Below are positions 29,071 through 43,363 of a DNA stretch of 248,000 nt, piece by piece. Position 1 is the first letter of the stretch; each line of letters opens with the position of its first letter. The notes below the pieces were generated by a model that searched no databases, was not told the DNA's origin, and saw nothing but the letters and a program-made list of their open reading frames with translations. Source of the DNA: Wallemia ichthyophaga EXF-994 (taxonomy: Eukaryota > Fungi > Basidiomycota); assembly GCF_000400465.1 (NCBI RefSeq), contig NW_008806282.1:20001-268000 (forward strand). Reading direction: 5' to 3'. A program made the translations under genes and the position numbers.

Positions 29071-29884
29071 TTATCCCCTACGAGCAGCTCGATTTGGTGT
29101 CCACTCCTGCGTCTTCCCTGTCCCTGGAGCGAATTCACCCGCCTGTTTCCTCAAACGACCCTCTTCTTGCTGCCTTTGATGCATTTCATTAGGATCGAAT
29201 CCATGTCTGCGTTCTTCCACATGCTCCATTGTTTCCTCGGGTGTTCTTCCTGCCTCTTGCGTTTCGATAGCTGGTTCGAATGCCTCTAGCGGGTTTTGGT
29301 TGTAATGTTGCTGTGCCTTGATGTGCTCGTGTTGCTCGTGTTCGTGTTGCATATCTACCTCTGCAGTGCCACTCTCCGGCGCAGGCACAGCGCCTCTACT
29401 CTTCGCGAAAGCTGCATCGATACGCGCTGCATTCTGCTGTGTGCGCTGTATCCTGAGCAAATCCGATTCCAACTCCTAGGTAATATTCAATATCAACTCA
29501 CGTAATCACCACTATCCACCCCCACTCACCTCGATCGACGGCGGAGAGAGACGCGTGTGCCTGAGCCACGCCTGCCACTGCGCTGGCATATTCTTGCCGA
29601 CCAGAGCCCAATCGACCTGGCGCGGATACCTGACTGAGCGCTTCGGACGTTCTTTGTAGTCTGTTGTGGGTGGGTGCTCGAAATACTTGTTGCCTGAGAT
29701 TAGACATTAGATTGGGGTAATTCACCCTGCTGTATAGTCCCACCCTCTAAATCGTATCCCACGAAATACCTGTCACTCTATCCCGCATCAGAATAGCCAC
29801 TACACAGCCACAGCCACCCACTGGCTTTGGTATTTTGCTCCATAAGAAGCTGAATATTCCGCTGCGTGCTGGTGATTTAAGCAT
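29071..29884 (-). CDS. Complex I assembly factor NDUFAF2/mimitin (NDUFA12 family)
   Basis: Spliced frame gives FVGYDLEGNKYFE..PAQWQAWLRHTRLSPPSIEELESD. Confidence 0.7.
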
Positions 29885-29924
29885 GACTGACGGTGATCGT
29901 GGTAATCCTTCTTGATCAAACACC

Positions 29925-30913
29925 ATGATAAGGGGTGTGAAAATTAGGTGGTCTGGGCACAGCAAACTCAGCACACTCAGCACATTCAGAACTCTCTCCA
30001 CATCCACCACACACCTCCAAAGCCAGCTGCCGAATCCCAACGCCGAAAAGGAAGCCAAGAAAGAAGCCTATCGGCACGACCTCGATGAGCAAGTGAGGCG
30101 ACAAGAGGAAGCTGCGAGCAAAGCGCAAGACAGTCAACCCACACTTGCTTACCTCCCTCGAGCATTAGGGGTAGTAGACAAGCCCTTATCCAGCGCGAGT
30201 GCGACTGAGCAGAGCTGGACACAGCGCAGCAGAAGCTATTTCTCTGAAACTAAATTAGAGGAGCGGAGGAGGTTATTGTTGAAAGAGTCGCGCAATGCTT
30301 ATTATACGGATCTCAAACTCATTCAGCAGCACGGCGGGAAAACGTGGATGGCACCACCCTCCCTCATCCAGCAGCAACGTGCACTCTTTTTCCCCGATAT
30401 CAAAGGTACCCTTTTGAGAGACGGAAAGAGTACAAGACATACTAGCGACCTTCTCCCAGGCAAAATATCCCTCGTCGCTATCATGAGCACACGTATCGCC
30501 CAGGAACACGCCAAGTCTTGGTCTGAACCTTTCCTCAAGGCGTTTGCAAACACCCCCGCTTTTCAGTATTTACAGGTAAGTGCGATATCGCGTATATCTC
30601 ACACAAACTAACACAATATCCTCAGATCAACTCTCAAAGCAACCCTCTCAAAAGCTGGCTTGTCACACTTTCACTCAACAACCTCCGTCGTATGGTACCC
30701 ACCCAGCTGCAGGATACTTACCTTGTCAGCTCTCAGTCACTTGAGACCGAAAGGGAATATCTCGCTTTCGATAACCAGTACGCAGCTTATGTTTATCTAG
30801 TCGATCAGCAAGGTAAAATTCGCTGGGCAGGTGCTGCTTTTGCCCAGCAGAGGGAGATTGATGCTGGGATCAAGTGTGCAAGTGAGTTATTACAGCGGCT
30901 GCATGGGGAGTAA
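29925..30913 (+). CDS. ATP10: Mitochondrial ATPase assembly factor Atp10
   Basis: Presequence, GGKTWMAPP, LFFPDIKG, YVYLVDQQGKIRWAG. Confidence 0.85.
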
Positions 30914-30927
30914 ATGATGCATGCATT

Positions 30928-31884
30928 TTATAGATTTGTTTTGTCTAGTTTGGTGGTTATGCTCTGTGTGTGTGTGTTTTCGTTGTCCTTTTCCTCTTTA
31001 TAGTTATGACTGTTGTCACCGCTGTAATTTTCACTCTCACTGTCCTCCTCACTCCCACTGCCACTCTCTTCTTCACTTTCCTCACTCTCTTCCTCGCTCC
31101 CGCTCTCTTCAATCCAGTTCTGGTGGTTGGGGTTCGCCTGGAGCAGATCATCCTCCTCATCATCCTTCTGTCTGGCTTGCTGATATTCACGCTGTTCGTC
31201 TGCCATGATATGCTCCTGCTCTGCGACAATCTCCTCGCTGCTAGCGCAACCCTTGTATCTCTCCAGCAAACCTTTGTTAACTTTGAGGAAAGAGTGACCC
31301 CAACTAAATTTCGATAGCAGTGTTTCCGCACACATATCGAAACCGGTGAGGAAGAAAGTAGCAGCGAGGGCCTCAACGCAATTAAGTCTCCACGGCTTAC
31401 CGTAATTGACAGGATTAGTAGCGATGAGATAAGGGAGGAGGCGTTCATGCGGGCTCTTTATCCTGCCCCACGGAATCTCGTCGAGTCTAGCCCACGAGCA
31501 CTCCACGACAGCGGCTCCACTAGCGGCAACGATATCTTTGTCTGCGGGGCTGACGGTGAGGGAACCTTTGGGTCTGGAGCGTGTAAGAAGACGGTGTGAC
31601 TTGCACTAGGACACCCACGATAGCACCACTCCTCTAAACCGCTGGCCTACTTTCATATCCTTGATGAGCCCCTGCCGAGACAGCTTCTTGCCGGAACAGC
31701 GACGTGGATCGCAGTGGTTGAAATCCCACATCGCTACAGGTACACCGAGACTGGCAACGAGACCATCACGCTTCTCTTCCCGCCTGCTCTTTATACCCAT
31801 CGGTGCATCATCTATCGCAGAATCAGGCCTCTCACCCAACTCGAATACTTTGTAGTCGTAGCGCTTGTTGTGGGATTTGGGCAT
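30928..31884 (-). CDS. TSR3: 18S rRNA aminocarboxypropyltransferase
   Basis: AMWDFNHCDPRRCSGKKL, ECSWARL, LLPYLIATNPVNYGKPWRLNCVEA. Confidence 0.92.
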
Positions 31885-32016
31885 TCGGTGGAGATGGTGG
31901 TAGTTGGGGTACAAGGGAGTTTTAGAGAGATGAATGGCAATAAGGAGAGATTAGCAGAGATTGTTGCATCTATCTTCTATGGCTTCTATCCTTTACACCG
32001 ACCATCCATCTCGACG

Positions 32017-33549
32017 ATGGCCAGCAATGATTTTTATAAATTTATGGGAAATGGGGAAAACAAGGAGAAAATTGAGAATGAGTTGGAGTATAAGCAACAG
32101 CAGCAGCAGTATCAGCAGCAACCGCACGAGTATCAGCAGCAACCACACAACCACCAACAACACTACTTGAGCCAGGTATCGCCATTGGATAACTACTACA
32201 ACCCAGAATATACACAGGATGATATTGATCTTTTATTGACACCGTTTTTATCCCCCACACTCACACCCGCACTCACACCTTCACTCACACCTGCTCTCAC
32301 TCCCCACTCTGTCTTCTCTCAACCGCCTTTAAACACTGATGATCACATTAGCATCGCCCACACTCAAAATGATATTCATTCAGATTTATTTAGTCCTCTG
32401 ACGTCACCCGCTCTATTGCCCACACCAAACTCACCTAAGACATTCACCACACAAAACACTCACCAAAGAACCGGTTCTCATTCTGCTAGAAGAGGCGCTT
32501 CTACTGAGGCCAGGGCTAATAAGATTAGACCGTCTCCCGTTATGAAACCTCTTTCTTCGAGGTTGAGAAAATTTGATCTAGACAGCAGCAACCTGGAAAA
32601 ATCGCCCATCAACCTCGACTTAGACGCTGCTTCTATGCCGCCCCCACCAATTACCAACCAAACCAACCAATCAAATCTAGCACCGGTTACTCCAGCTTCT
32701 ATTATGAACATGTCTAGTAACAGCAATTCACAATCCTCACACACCTCCTCAAGCTCAAGCGGAACAGCCACACCGACCACACAAAACACTCTCACAGACA
32801 TGGCTAACCTCTCCCTCCACTCTGACTCAAACTACGCCAATGTCCTCACTGGCAGGAGCATCAACCCTAAAATGGCAGACTTGTTAGAATCCCAAGCGCA
32901 CGTAGCAGGTCACGATAACGCTGCCAAACGCGCTTCACACAAGGTCGCCGAGCAGAGGAGGCGAGATTCCCTCAAACACTCGTTCGACGACTTGAGAGCT
33001 TTGCTGCCACCCGTTGTCGATGACAACGATCACGATAGCGCTGGTGTCAGTGAAGGTAGACTCGACTTGCGTTTGGAGATGAAAGACATGGACTCGGCTC
33101 AGATTAATAAAGGTGTTTCTAAAGTTGTTCTCTTGAAACTCGCCAACGACTACATCACGATTCTCAACCATCGGCTCGGTAGACGTGACAATATTATCGC
33201 CAGTTTGAGAGACGAGGTGGCTGAGTTGAGAGGGGGGAGCAAATGCGGAGGTGATGGTGATGGTGGACAAGATGGTGAAGCTGGTCATGCTAGTCAAACT
33301 AATTCAGTGGATAACAACACCTTCTTGCATAACATCGACGCCGTCGAACACCACATCCAGCAGGCTGCTCTGCTCGCTATGGATGGAAACGTGCACCAAA
33401 AGAGGGAGTCTATTAGCGAGCCTCCTGCTGCCCACAAGGGCGCGTCGAGCAGAGGCAAAGGCAGGATTAGAGGCGCGAGCAAGGCTGCCAAGCAATACCT
33501 CCAACAGGCCACACAAGACAAGACTCAGACACAGACTCAACAGAAATAG
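32017..33549 (+). CDS. bHLH transcription factor (Pho4/Cbf1-like)
   Basis: KRASHKVAEQRRRDSLKHSFDDLRALLP..SKVVLLKLANDYI. Confidence 0.8.
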   Translation: MASNDFYKFMGNGENKEKIENELEYKQQQQQYQQQPHEYQQQPHNHQQHYLSQVSPLDNYYNPEYTQDDIDLLLTPFLSPTLTPALTPSLTPALTPHSVFSQPPLNTDDHISIAHTQNDIHSDLFSPLTSPALLPTPNSPKTFTTQNTHQRTGSHSARRGASTEARANKIRPSPVMKPLSSRLRKFDLDSSNLEKSPINLDLDAASMPPPPITNQTNQSNLAPVTPASIMNMSSNSNSQSSHTSSSSSGTATPTTQNTLTDMANLSLHSDSNYANVLTGRSINPKMADLLESQAHVAGHDNAAKRASHKVAEQRRRDSLKHSFDDLRALLPPVVDDNDHDSAGVSEGRLDLRLEMKDMDSAQINKGVSKVVLLKLANDYITILNHRLGRRDNIIASLRDEVAELRGGSKCGGDGDGGQDGEAGHASQTNSVDNNTFLHNIDAVEHHIQQAALLAMDGNVHQKRESISEPPAAHKGASSRGKGRIRGASKAAKQYLQQATQDKTQTQTQQK

Positions 33550-33658
33550 ATACAGTTTGTCTGGGATTATATGAATATGGATTTCCTTCATGTTTTTATC
33601 TTTTCTATTGTTGTTTTAGACTTTTTTTTGTAAACATACATGTTTTATATCTTGCATC

Positions 33659-34500
33659 ATGCGCTCATCAAGCGATATCGAGTTCCTCAAGCTGCTGCTC
33701 TCAGACTCGAATTTGCCAACAGGCGGTGTGAGTTGGGATTGATATGTTTCTATAATTTGTGCTAACATAAGCGCCAGTTCGTTGCCTCATCTGGACTGGA
33801 GTCCTTTATCGGCCATGGTCAATCGCATGGTCAGCTCACGCACACCGCCTTGATCGACTTCCTCCGTTTCAGTTGCGACAACACAGCCAGCACGACGTTG
33901 GCGTATATAAGCGGGGTGCATAGCATAATACGCGACACACCCACACCCACACCCACGCGCACACAGCTCGAGCAACTGAAGCGACTTGATGGGGTGCACG
34001 ATGCACAGATGCTCAACCACGCCGCAAAGCGCGCGAGCAAAGCGCAGGGGATGGCCATCCTTACGCTGCACGCCAAGTCCTTCGGCGGCCACGACGTCAT
34101 TCGCGATTTCCGACACGCCGTTCGGAGTGCGTCTTCCGAGGGCCATCTGGCCATTTGCTGGGGACTGATGACTGCTGTGCTTGGTATGCCCTCGCAAGAC
34201 GCTCAACATCTCCATCTTTTCCTACACGCTAGATCCCTCCTTAGTGCCGCTGTTAGACTTAATGTCCTCGGTCCGTACGCTGCGCAGAAAATCCTCCTGC
34301 ATGACGCTCGAGATATCGTTGATAGCGCCTTTCACCGCTGTTGTCATGTGCGCGTTGGTAATCTAGATTCGGTTGTTGGAGATTATGTATATGACACAGA
34401 CGATGCAGACGACCATATCGGCCCTGCTACGACTTGGCCTTTGATCGAACTTATTGGCAGCAGGCATGACTTACTCCACACACGCATTTTCAATAGCTAG
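33659..34500 (+). CDS. Urease accessory protein UreF
   Basis: LLLSDSNLPTGG, GHLAICWG, AAVRLNVLGPYAAQ, RHDLLHTRIFNS. Confidence 0.85.
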
Positions 34501-34563
34501 CACACAGCACGCAGCACACTCCGATCACATTGTAAAGTCAGTACAGTTATACACTTATCTATA

Positions 34564-35135
34564 TCAAAGATGGAAACTCTTCACCAACTTATTAAACCCA
34601 CTCGAGCCACTCTGTATCATAAGTTCCCTCAGTGTCTCAAATGGTGGTTGAGCTTTCCTTCTCATCCATAACTTCTGTCGCAGGACATGGTACTTCTACT
34701 TGGAGTCAGTTGGTGATCACCTATACACCCAGATACCCACTTCCTTCTGCTCGTTGGGCACCATTCTCCATCTGAAACCAGCGAGGACCATCATAGTCTG
34801 AGGTGAAATTTGGAGTAATCGTCCGGCTTGATTCTGCACGCCAGCTCATCTGCATCAGCTGAACTTAGCGATCTCATAATTCTCTCGATCAGCTGCTTCG
34901 GCTCCTCTCTGCGCCACATCTCATACTGGTGTTTGAAGTAGTAGCAGAAGCAGCCGCCCGATTCCTTCATGTTGACATACACATCTACAAACTGATCGAA
35001 CTTGACGTGAGTAGTTTGTTTACTGCGCTTGTTTATCATCTCGGACGTCTTTCCTAACATGTTGCCTTTACTAGGAATGCTAGGTTGGTATATATGTCTG
35101 TTTTGCGCTTTAGTAGCGAGTGGTGGTGCTGACAT
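34564..35135 (-). CDS. Hypothetical protein (multi-exon)
   Basis: ORF with plausible splice sites; no family recognised. Confidence 0.35.
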
Positions 35136-35622
35136 ATTGACGTGCGTGCGCGTGCGGAGACTAGGCGATGTAAGCATCATTTTTGTTTGCGTAGATCGGG
35201 TATCATCTGTTTATCGTGTTAGTTGTGCGTAGTGATCATCACGCTTCGCAGTACCTCGCTTGCTAGCAGAGAGTCCTGCTCTCGCTGCAATAGGTATCTT
35301 GGGATATTCGGTGCGGATACTTTTCACGTCAAACCAGTTGACCATGCGTAACATTCTTTATGAGTATTGGGAAGGAAGTAGAAGTGTCACGTACTTTTAA
35401 GATCCCATTTAAACACCTCCTTTAGCTGTCTTTGTTGCAGGTTTAGCCCACCCTCATTGTTTTCATGCAGAAATTTGAAATTTGTTTTGTAATACTGCTT
35501 ACCCACCGGCTGTACCTTTGGAATTTGAAAATGGAAATTTTTACACCACCCTTCATCCTCACAAGATCTCAACGTTGTAATACTTAGCTTTAAAGATAAA
35601 ATCAATACAAACTTTTACAAAG

Positions 35623-38390
35623 CTAGATAAATTCGCTAGTTTTGTCCACATAGTAAGACAAAGTATGCTTGATATCTTCGACAGCCGATGAAGTCGCAAC
35701 AAAGAGCTTGAACTCTCCCGCCTCGATTACCCATCTGCTCTTAAAGTCATCGAAATAGCTAAAGGCGCGTTTGCCTAGCATTAGAGTCACTTCCTCAGAC
35801 TCGCCAGGAAGAATCAAGTTGGTTTTGGCATACGCTTTCAATTCAAGGAATGGTCGAGCGAGACGAGACTCCACGTCATTTACGTAAAGCTGGATAATCT
35901 CTCTGCCAGCGACGCTGCCTGTGTTCGTCACCTTCATCCTGATTAAGACGTCATGACTATCACTTGTCTGGTCCACACGTGCATTAGTTACGTCGAACGA
36001 GGTATAACTCAATCCTTTTCCAAATGGAAAGAGGGGTTTTTTACCAGTCGTTGCAAAGTGCCTGTATCCCACAAAGACTCCTTCAGCATAAACCACACGA
36101 CCATTCTCTCCGCCAAAGTTGAGGTGCGATGGACTGTCTCTCAACTCGACTGGCATAGTCAGTGGCAACTTTGCAGATGGGTTGAGCCTTCCGAACAGGA
36201 TATCTGCAAGTCCATTCCCAACTTCGTTCCCGCCATAAAAGGCCTGATACACACCCTTCACTTTGTCCACCCATGGTAATTCAACGGGTGTGCCGCTTTG
36301 AACAATAGCCACTGTGTTGCTATGCGCTGAAGAAATGGCATTCATAAACGCGTTGGCTGAATCGGGCAGTTTCATGTCTGGTCGATCAAAACCTTCACTT
36401 TCAAAATCATTGTTGAGACCGACAAAGCAGAGAACAAGATCAGCACCCTTGCAAGCATCTAATGCCTCCTGTAGAAACTCGTCTTGAGATTTGCTTGGAG
36501 AAATTCCAAATCGAATACCGCCCCGAGAATGAGGTGAAAGTGTACCTGCAGCCTGTGCACCTTCGCTGCTATAATAAAGCCTAGCCATTATCGAGTATTG
36601 CTTACCTTCTTCAAGCTTCTTGACAACTGTGCGCTCTTGGGAACCAGAGTTGAACCATAATGTACCTGGCTGAGGGTTGGTTGAATTGTCTACAACCCTC
36701 TCACCGTCGACGAAGAGATCAGTTTGACCAGCGCCAGCAATACCAATTTCATAGTTATCCGTCTTATTTGGAGTAAAAATCCCTGATGCTTCTGCCCAAC
36801 ACGTCAATGGGACTGTCTCAGGTCCAGGCAGATTGTCGTTGAAGAACAGGTGCGAAGAGTGCCTGTCTCCTGCTTAGAGATTACAGCAAACAATCAAGAC
36901 ATACTTACGCGTAAAGCTCGTGAAGTGGCTTCGCCTTCCCAGCGGCTGGATCGCTGCCGTAGAACTTCACGTCAACGCCAGCTCTACCATCGGCAGTCTT
37001 AAGCTCTGGGCCGAATAATGGGGTGAGCTTGTGCGCATTTCCTCCGCGCGAGTATACAACCTCAGCGCCAATCTCCTTTGCTTGCTCACGAATCGCGTCT
37101 AGCGGTGATACAGCGTATGAAGCTCTAAGAGCGGCAGATCCACCACCGGAAATGATAGCAGATTCTGCGTTTGGTCCGATCACAGATATCTTCGTAGTGC
37201 CCTTCTTGATTGGCATTACATTTTCTTCGTTTTTAAGTAGCACTACACCATTTGCTGCAGCTTCTCTGAGTGTTTGACGAAGCTCTGGTGTGTCATGAAC
37301 TTTTTCTGGTGTGGCTTCATCAATGCCACTCTTACGGACCTTGTTGATAAGCTCAAGAACCTAAGGTGGATTGTTGGTTACGTCAATAACACTACGATAA
37401 TCTTACATTTTTCACTCTAGCATCTATGTCCTCAATAAAAACCTTCTTTGCAGTTAAAGCACGCTGAAGAGCTGCCCCACGGACGACAGACGGACCAGGC
37501 ATCTCCAAATCGAGACCGGCATGCGTAGATTCTCCAGCCGAATACGTACCAAACCAATCAGACATAGTCATACCGTTCCAACCCCATTCACCGCGGAGGA
37601 TATCACCCAACAAGCGTGGGTCTTCAGAGCAGTGTAAACCGTTGACACGATTGTAAGCGGTCATTACAGACCAAGGCTTGTGTTCCGATTCCCTTAATGG
37701 AATTTCAAAAGCGCGAAGATATATTTCCCGAAGTGCTCTCTCGGATATCTCGGATGACATTGACATACGCTCAAATTCCTGATCGTTGCCAACATAGTGC
37801 TTGATTGTAGCTGCCACACCCTTATCTTGTAAACCCTTCACAAAATATTTTGCCAAAGTGCCGCTCAATTCGGGATCTTCGCTGTAGCTTTCGAATCCTC
37901 GACCGCCAAGAGGGCTTCTCTGGATGTTGATAGTGCTTGAACAAGTAGATGAGTGACGGCAAAAGCTAATCAACTGGACTCACGGGGCTAAGAGGACGTG
38001 CACGCCTGTAAATGCTCACTTAGTATTACGTCATTACGGTGGTGCTGCACCGACTAACCTTTGGCGATACATTCGTCGGCCAGAGCACTACCAACTCTCT
38101 CTAAGAGCTGATTATCAAAGCTTGCACCCAGCGCTGTCGCACCTGGAAAGCACGATGATGGTGTACCCTCAAAGAAGTCTAAAAGCCGTTAGAACTTGAC
38201 AAATAGCCTTGCGCCGCCACTAACTAATTCCTCTAACACCATTTGGTCCATCTGAAGTTCTAATAGATGGAATTCCCAGTCGAGTATTGTTAACGGTATG
38301 CCACATGTCTTTACCGGCAAGCAACTCGATCTTCTCTTTAACAGTAAGCTGCTGAAGAAGCTCTTCAACGTTTAATTCTGGTAAGGTCAT
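35623..38390 (-). CDS. Beta-glucosidase, GH3 with PA14 and FnIII domains
   Basis: RTSDGPNGVRG, KHYVGNDQE, MSDWFG nucleophile, ESEGFDR, LFPFGKGLSY. Confidence 0.92.
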
Positions 38391-38528
38391 TATTTGGTAG
38401 TGATCTGGATAAATAGAAGGTGATTGTGACAAGGTAAGATAGTGCCATGATAAAAAAAAGGAAGCAAAGATTAATTTAAGATTATATTAAAGGTATAGTG
38501 GTCAACATATTGCATATTCCTGTCATAA

Positions 38529-40425
38529 TTACGTAGACTTGTCTTGACGAGATTTATATTTCATCATCATTTCCTCGACGTGTTTCTCGTCCTCCTCATC
38601 CTCCCTATTGAGATTGTCTAGATCTTCCTCTTCTATTTCTTGAAATCTTGGTTGATTCTTTGGATCTTGCATAGGGTTAGATGTCTTAATAATTCCATTG
38701 CTATTCAGTCTATCAAACGCGTCAAACAGTTTCTCCGCTTCCGCTTCCTTCAGAGGCATGTTAGTTTAGTTTCATATTTATAAACTAAGCTTACCTTCTC
38801 CTCCTCGGTCATTTCCTCTGGGCCACCTGTACGATCTTCTTCATAAGCTCCAGTAACAGGGTTCACTCCATTTTCAGCAGGATCACCAGCACCAGCACTG
38901 AGCATGCCTTTTGAAAAAAGGAATCCTGCTGCGTTTCCAAATCCAATAGTTGAAGACATCTGCGAAGGATCGCTATCGCAGAGAGCAAAGATCAATTCAC
39001 CAACAGTATTTTTGATTGTGGAGAATAGTGAGCTTGTCAAGAATCTAACAAGTACACCTAAAAGATCACCTCTCTGTTCGGCTTTCACTGATCGATCTAT
39101 ATCGTCCATACCTAGAGTCTGTCGAAGTGATCCTTTAAAGCCGCCGGCGTTACGCTGGTCTTCAACAACAAGCTTCCGCAAAAGCATGACAAGTGGCGCA
39201 AGTGTTTCCTCGAGGTTTAATCCCAAACTTGCTGCTTTGGTCTTGGCTTGAGTACTATCAATACTCTCACCACCCTCTAAACTGCTTGAGGGCCAAAATG
39301 TTGACAAAACCGTGTTGAGGAGTTCTAATAATCTACTCAAGAAAGGGAAGGTGTCCATATTATCACAGTTCAGCCTGGAAGGATCGCTCTGCGCTACCGA
39401 AGCGCGTGAAATTGTCTTAGACAATCGATTAATAGCAGCTGTAGGAGAAAAGATCGAGTTTGAATTAGGGTTGGACCAAAGCTGAGTGAATGGCTTAAAT
39501 GGGAAGCAAAGTAGGGCGTGTATTAGTTGAGGAATTGGTTGAGGCATAGGCGAAATCGTGTTGACACTATTTGTACTAGCACTTAAATCCATAAAGAGCT
39601 GAAGAGTAGGTTGTAGTAACTTGTTGAACTTTTCATCCCAATTTTCTCCTAAAATTGAATCTTGTTGAATTGTCTTGTGGTGCAGCGTGATGTTGAAGAA
39701 AAGTTTGAACATGTCTGTGATCAGTTCTTTTGACCGTATCGGTATGCTAATAGATTTTTGTGAAGGAAGAATATATGGGGTATATTGCAGTAGACGCTGG
39801 TTGATATAGCGTCAGTTGTGACAATATGATGAGCAAAAACTTTTCTTACCGCGTGTATTACATCCACGAGATTCTCCTCATGCACTAACTTGTAAACAAT
39901 TGGATGTGGCTTAAGTGTACAGAGAAAAAGACATCTCGCTGCAACAAAGTGAATATCGGAAGTATTTTGCTGTGCCTGATTAAGGGGATTTGAGAAAGGA
40001 GAGGATGGAAAAAAGCAACTAACCTTTAAAGCTTGAAATGCTAGAATTGGCGCACGCGTTTCAACGACATTAGATCTCGCTTCATCGTGGAGCAATAACG
40101 TGTTTGCAATTGTAGTCAAGACTTCCAATTGGGCTTCAGATTGACACAATGGGTCAGACGATGAAATGTAGGATGGACGATGGGATTGTAATCTGCTAGT
40201 GAGGGAGGGAGTTGATGTATTTGATTCACGAAACGACTTCCTCTCCATCACGCTCGATAAGCAATCTAATGCTTCAACAGTGGTGAGTGGTGTGGTTCCA
40301 ATGGGAGAGCGCCCTAAGACCTTTATAACTTTCAGGGCAGCAAGTACAGCTGCGTCTGGTTTAGCGAGAATCCTAAATAATGGAGCAATGGAGCTCACTC
40401 TGTAAATCCCACTTGTCAGATACAC
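38529..40425 (-). CDS. RIC8: Ric-8/synembryn G-alpha chaperone/GEF (5' end unresolved)
   Basis: ALKVIKVLGRSP, LCDSD..IGFGNAAGFL, VNPVTG, EEKEAEAEKLFDAFDRL. Confidence 0.8.
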
Positions 40426-41274
40426 CGCCTGGCTTGAGATCTATAAGAAGCTGGCTTAAGAATGCATCCCTATCTTGAGAGCTTATCTCGCTGTATTCTT
40501 TGAAATGGTGAGATATGTAGAAATCAACGAGCGAATAACGAACCAAGAAAGCCAATGAATATTTCAGCTGACTGGAATGCTGATTTCTCAATAGGCTGCA
40601 ACGATCTGTAATGCGATGCCTGTAGGATGTGTGAGAATGCCATAGCGATAACAAGTAATTGAACCGACGAATCCCATATGATATCGCTGATTTAAACTTT
40701 CATGATCTCTTTTCGTCAACTCCTTCTGAAAATATCCACTGAACCTTTTCATTGCGTGGTCGACAAGCTCCTCGAATTCCAACGCAGCACATTTCGGCGG
40801 TAAAATAATTACATGATTGTGACTACAGAGAAATTATATTCTGCACGCTAGGAGTACGTGCTAAGCAGCTGTGCCCTTGCGTTTATCCACTCTCTTTACA
40901 ATGTGATCACGGAGAAACTAAGGAGTTCAAGAATGTGTTTCATATTCGTTGTAAAATGATTAGAATATACTAAAGGCCTTGCAAATAAAACCCGGTAGCC
41001 TCTCGACGACGTTCTGCTGTAGCGCACGTCAATCAGCGGATGTCGGAACGTGTCTTCTTCCAATAGGAACGCTTGCGAAACTAATAATAGCTTCATAAAA
41101 TGTTTGGACATGTCTTATTGGTTTTGATTTTCACATGGCATGCAAAGTTTCTTAAAATCACATTGCACATTGCACCCTGATGCAGTTACAAACTTGGGAG
41201 GCTTTTAGTTGTTATTTGAATATTTCACATCTTTTCATACAAGGTTAAAGCAAGAATTGCACTCAAGCAACAGA

Positions 41275-43113
41275 TCACTTGGCCTTACGCTTGAGAAGAC
41301 TGTCACCGTAAAGCTTCTTGGCGTACTGCTCTTTCATTCTTGCCATGCATTCCTTGTTGGCTTCCTTCTCATCAATCATAGGCTCTGGATAGTCTTTCCC
41401 GATTTTCTGAAAATGTGTTAGATCGTCCTCCTACGCATGGCTCACTCACACATCCAGCCTTCTTCTGCACATCTTCAGGTGCTTCCCAAGGCTTGTAGAT
41501 ATATTTGTCCGGATATTCCTTCAGCTCTGGTACGTACTTCCTGACTAATTTGCCCGTCTTGTCATATTTGGAGGGAAAGGTCGTCATACCATAATTTCTG
41601 TAGTATTGGTGGAAAAATGCTGAACAAGATAACCACATCCAATTGCCAGCGTTGGAAGCTGGGTCTTGGTCAACCAAGTACCTATCAAATACCTCAGCAC
41701 CTCTCTCCCAGCTAATATACAATTGACCTCGGGTGAGGAAACCCGCAACACAGTGTCTGGCGAGATGGTGCATCCAGCCTTCTTGCTTGAGCTGACGCAT
41801 AGCCGCATCGACCCATGGAAATCCTGTGTTGCCATGCTTCCACTTCTCGAGAGCTTCCTCGTCCTCTTTCGATCCTTTTGGACGGGGGAAAATCTTCTCA
41901 CCATCCTCGTCATAAGCGTTGCAGAGCTTCCAGTCTATGACTCTGCATATTTTATTCCCTCTTATCTGTCCGAAAGGCTTTCCAATGCCCAGTTGAGCTG
42001 CGAAATACATCTCTCTAAAGATAAGTTGTCCTGGAAGATTTTCAGGCTCGGAGCTAGTTTCGCCATCATAGTTCTCCATCAGATCAACGACCCTCCAGTA
42101 GAACTCACGCACACCCAACGCGCCGAACTTTATATAGGGCGACAATTGTGTAGTGGCCGGAGGATCGTACTCTGAGGGAGATGTTTGAGGCTTGCGGAAT
42201 GTAGCTGTTGCGTCCTTATCTTTGATCCACTTGTCAAGACGTCTAAGTGCCTCATCTTCACCACCAGGAATCTGCGTAGTTGCATCCTCTGAATCCAGAC
42301 CCAACTCTTCCAGAGAAGGTGGTTCCAGTGAGTCTTTTGGGCCTGTAACTGAGTCGTAAGCCGTCATCTTGCCCTTGCGATGCTCTTCGTTGACGTCATG
42401 ATCTGACTTTACCTTTTTAACTTCCTTTTTAATTGCATCCAACTTGAGATCATCTGCTTTTGGCACATCTTTTGGTGCTTGAAGGGGACGCTCGATTTTC
42501 ATATCCTTAGCCGCGGCTTTGAAAGCCGTTGCAGATGTAATTGTCTTACCCTTCTGCTTTTCAACGATGGCGTCGATATCGTAAAGTGTGTGTCCAGTGA
42601 TATCTAAAACTTCCACGTTTGCATCTTTTGCTAGTTTCTTGATACTTTCGTCGCGCTCGATCGCGTATGGCGCTGGATCCTGCAGCTGTCAGGGCGCGTT
42701 TGACTGACGTCATAGATACCCACTTTTTCATAAACAAGGTGTGTGATATTCCACTGCTTGAATAGCACAGGGAATAGGTCGGCTGGGGCAGCTCTAAACA
42801 CGTGAAGCTTGTTGCCCATCTTGCTCAGTTTTTTGTCTATCTCTTTCATGGACTCGGTCAGGAATTTGTATCTGCTGAGTGAGATGGAGCAGCGAGATGA
42901 GAGTTGGCCTACCTATTTGGACCAACTGGGCATTCAAAGTTGAAGTAGGGATCCCAGGTCCATACCTTTACTCAATCAGGGACGAAAAGTACCGATAAAA
43001 CCTAAACCTACGGGGAAGAACACCTCAGGCTTGAGTTCCAATCCTTTTAGAAGCGCAGGTGCATCGTGCAACCTCAAGTCAGTTCTAAACCAGTGTAATA
43101 CGCGTGCTGGCAT
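41275..43113 (-). CDS. (6-4) photolyase / cryptochrome family
   Basis: HWFRTDLRLHDAPAL, LSPYIKFG, TGFPWVDA, GWMHHLARH (His-His pair typical of 6-4 photolyases). Confidence 0.9.
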
Positions 43114-43363
43114 TAGTGTGGCGTGAGTGGTGAGTGAAGGAAGATAATCTTAGCTGAGAATCAAATAGATTACGTTATGACATTCAAAGTATATTTATGA
43201 CAATGTATTTGAAAATGCTGATTTTTGCTAAGTGTCCGTCTAATTAAGTTATTCTAGGTAATGATCACTAATGATCACGCTTTTAGGTTGTCTAATAAGA
43301 ATTATCGCAAGTTTAATCGTATATTGGGTTACTATGCAGGTAGTTTTTAGATTGTAAAGGTCT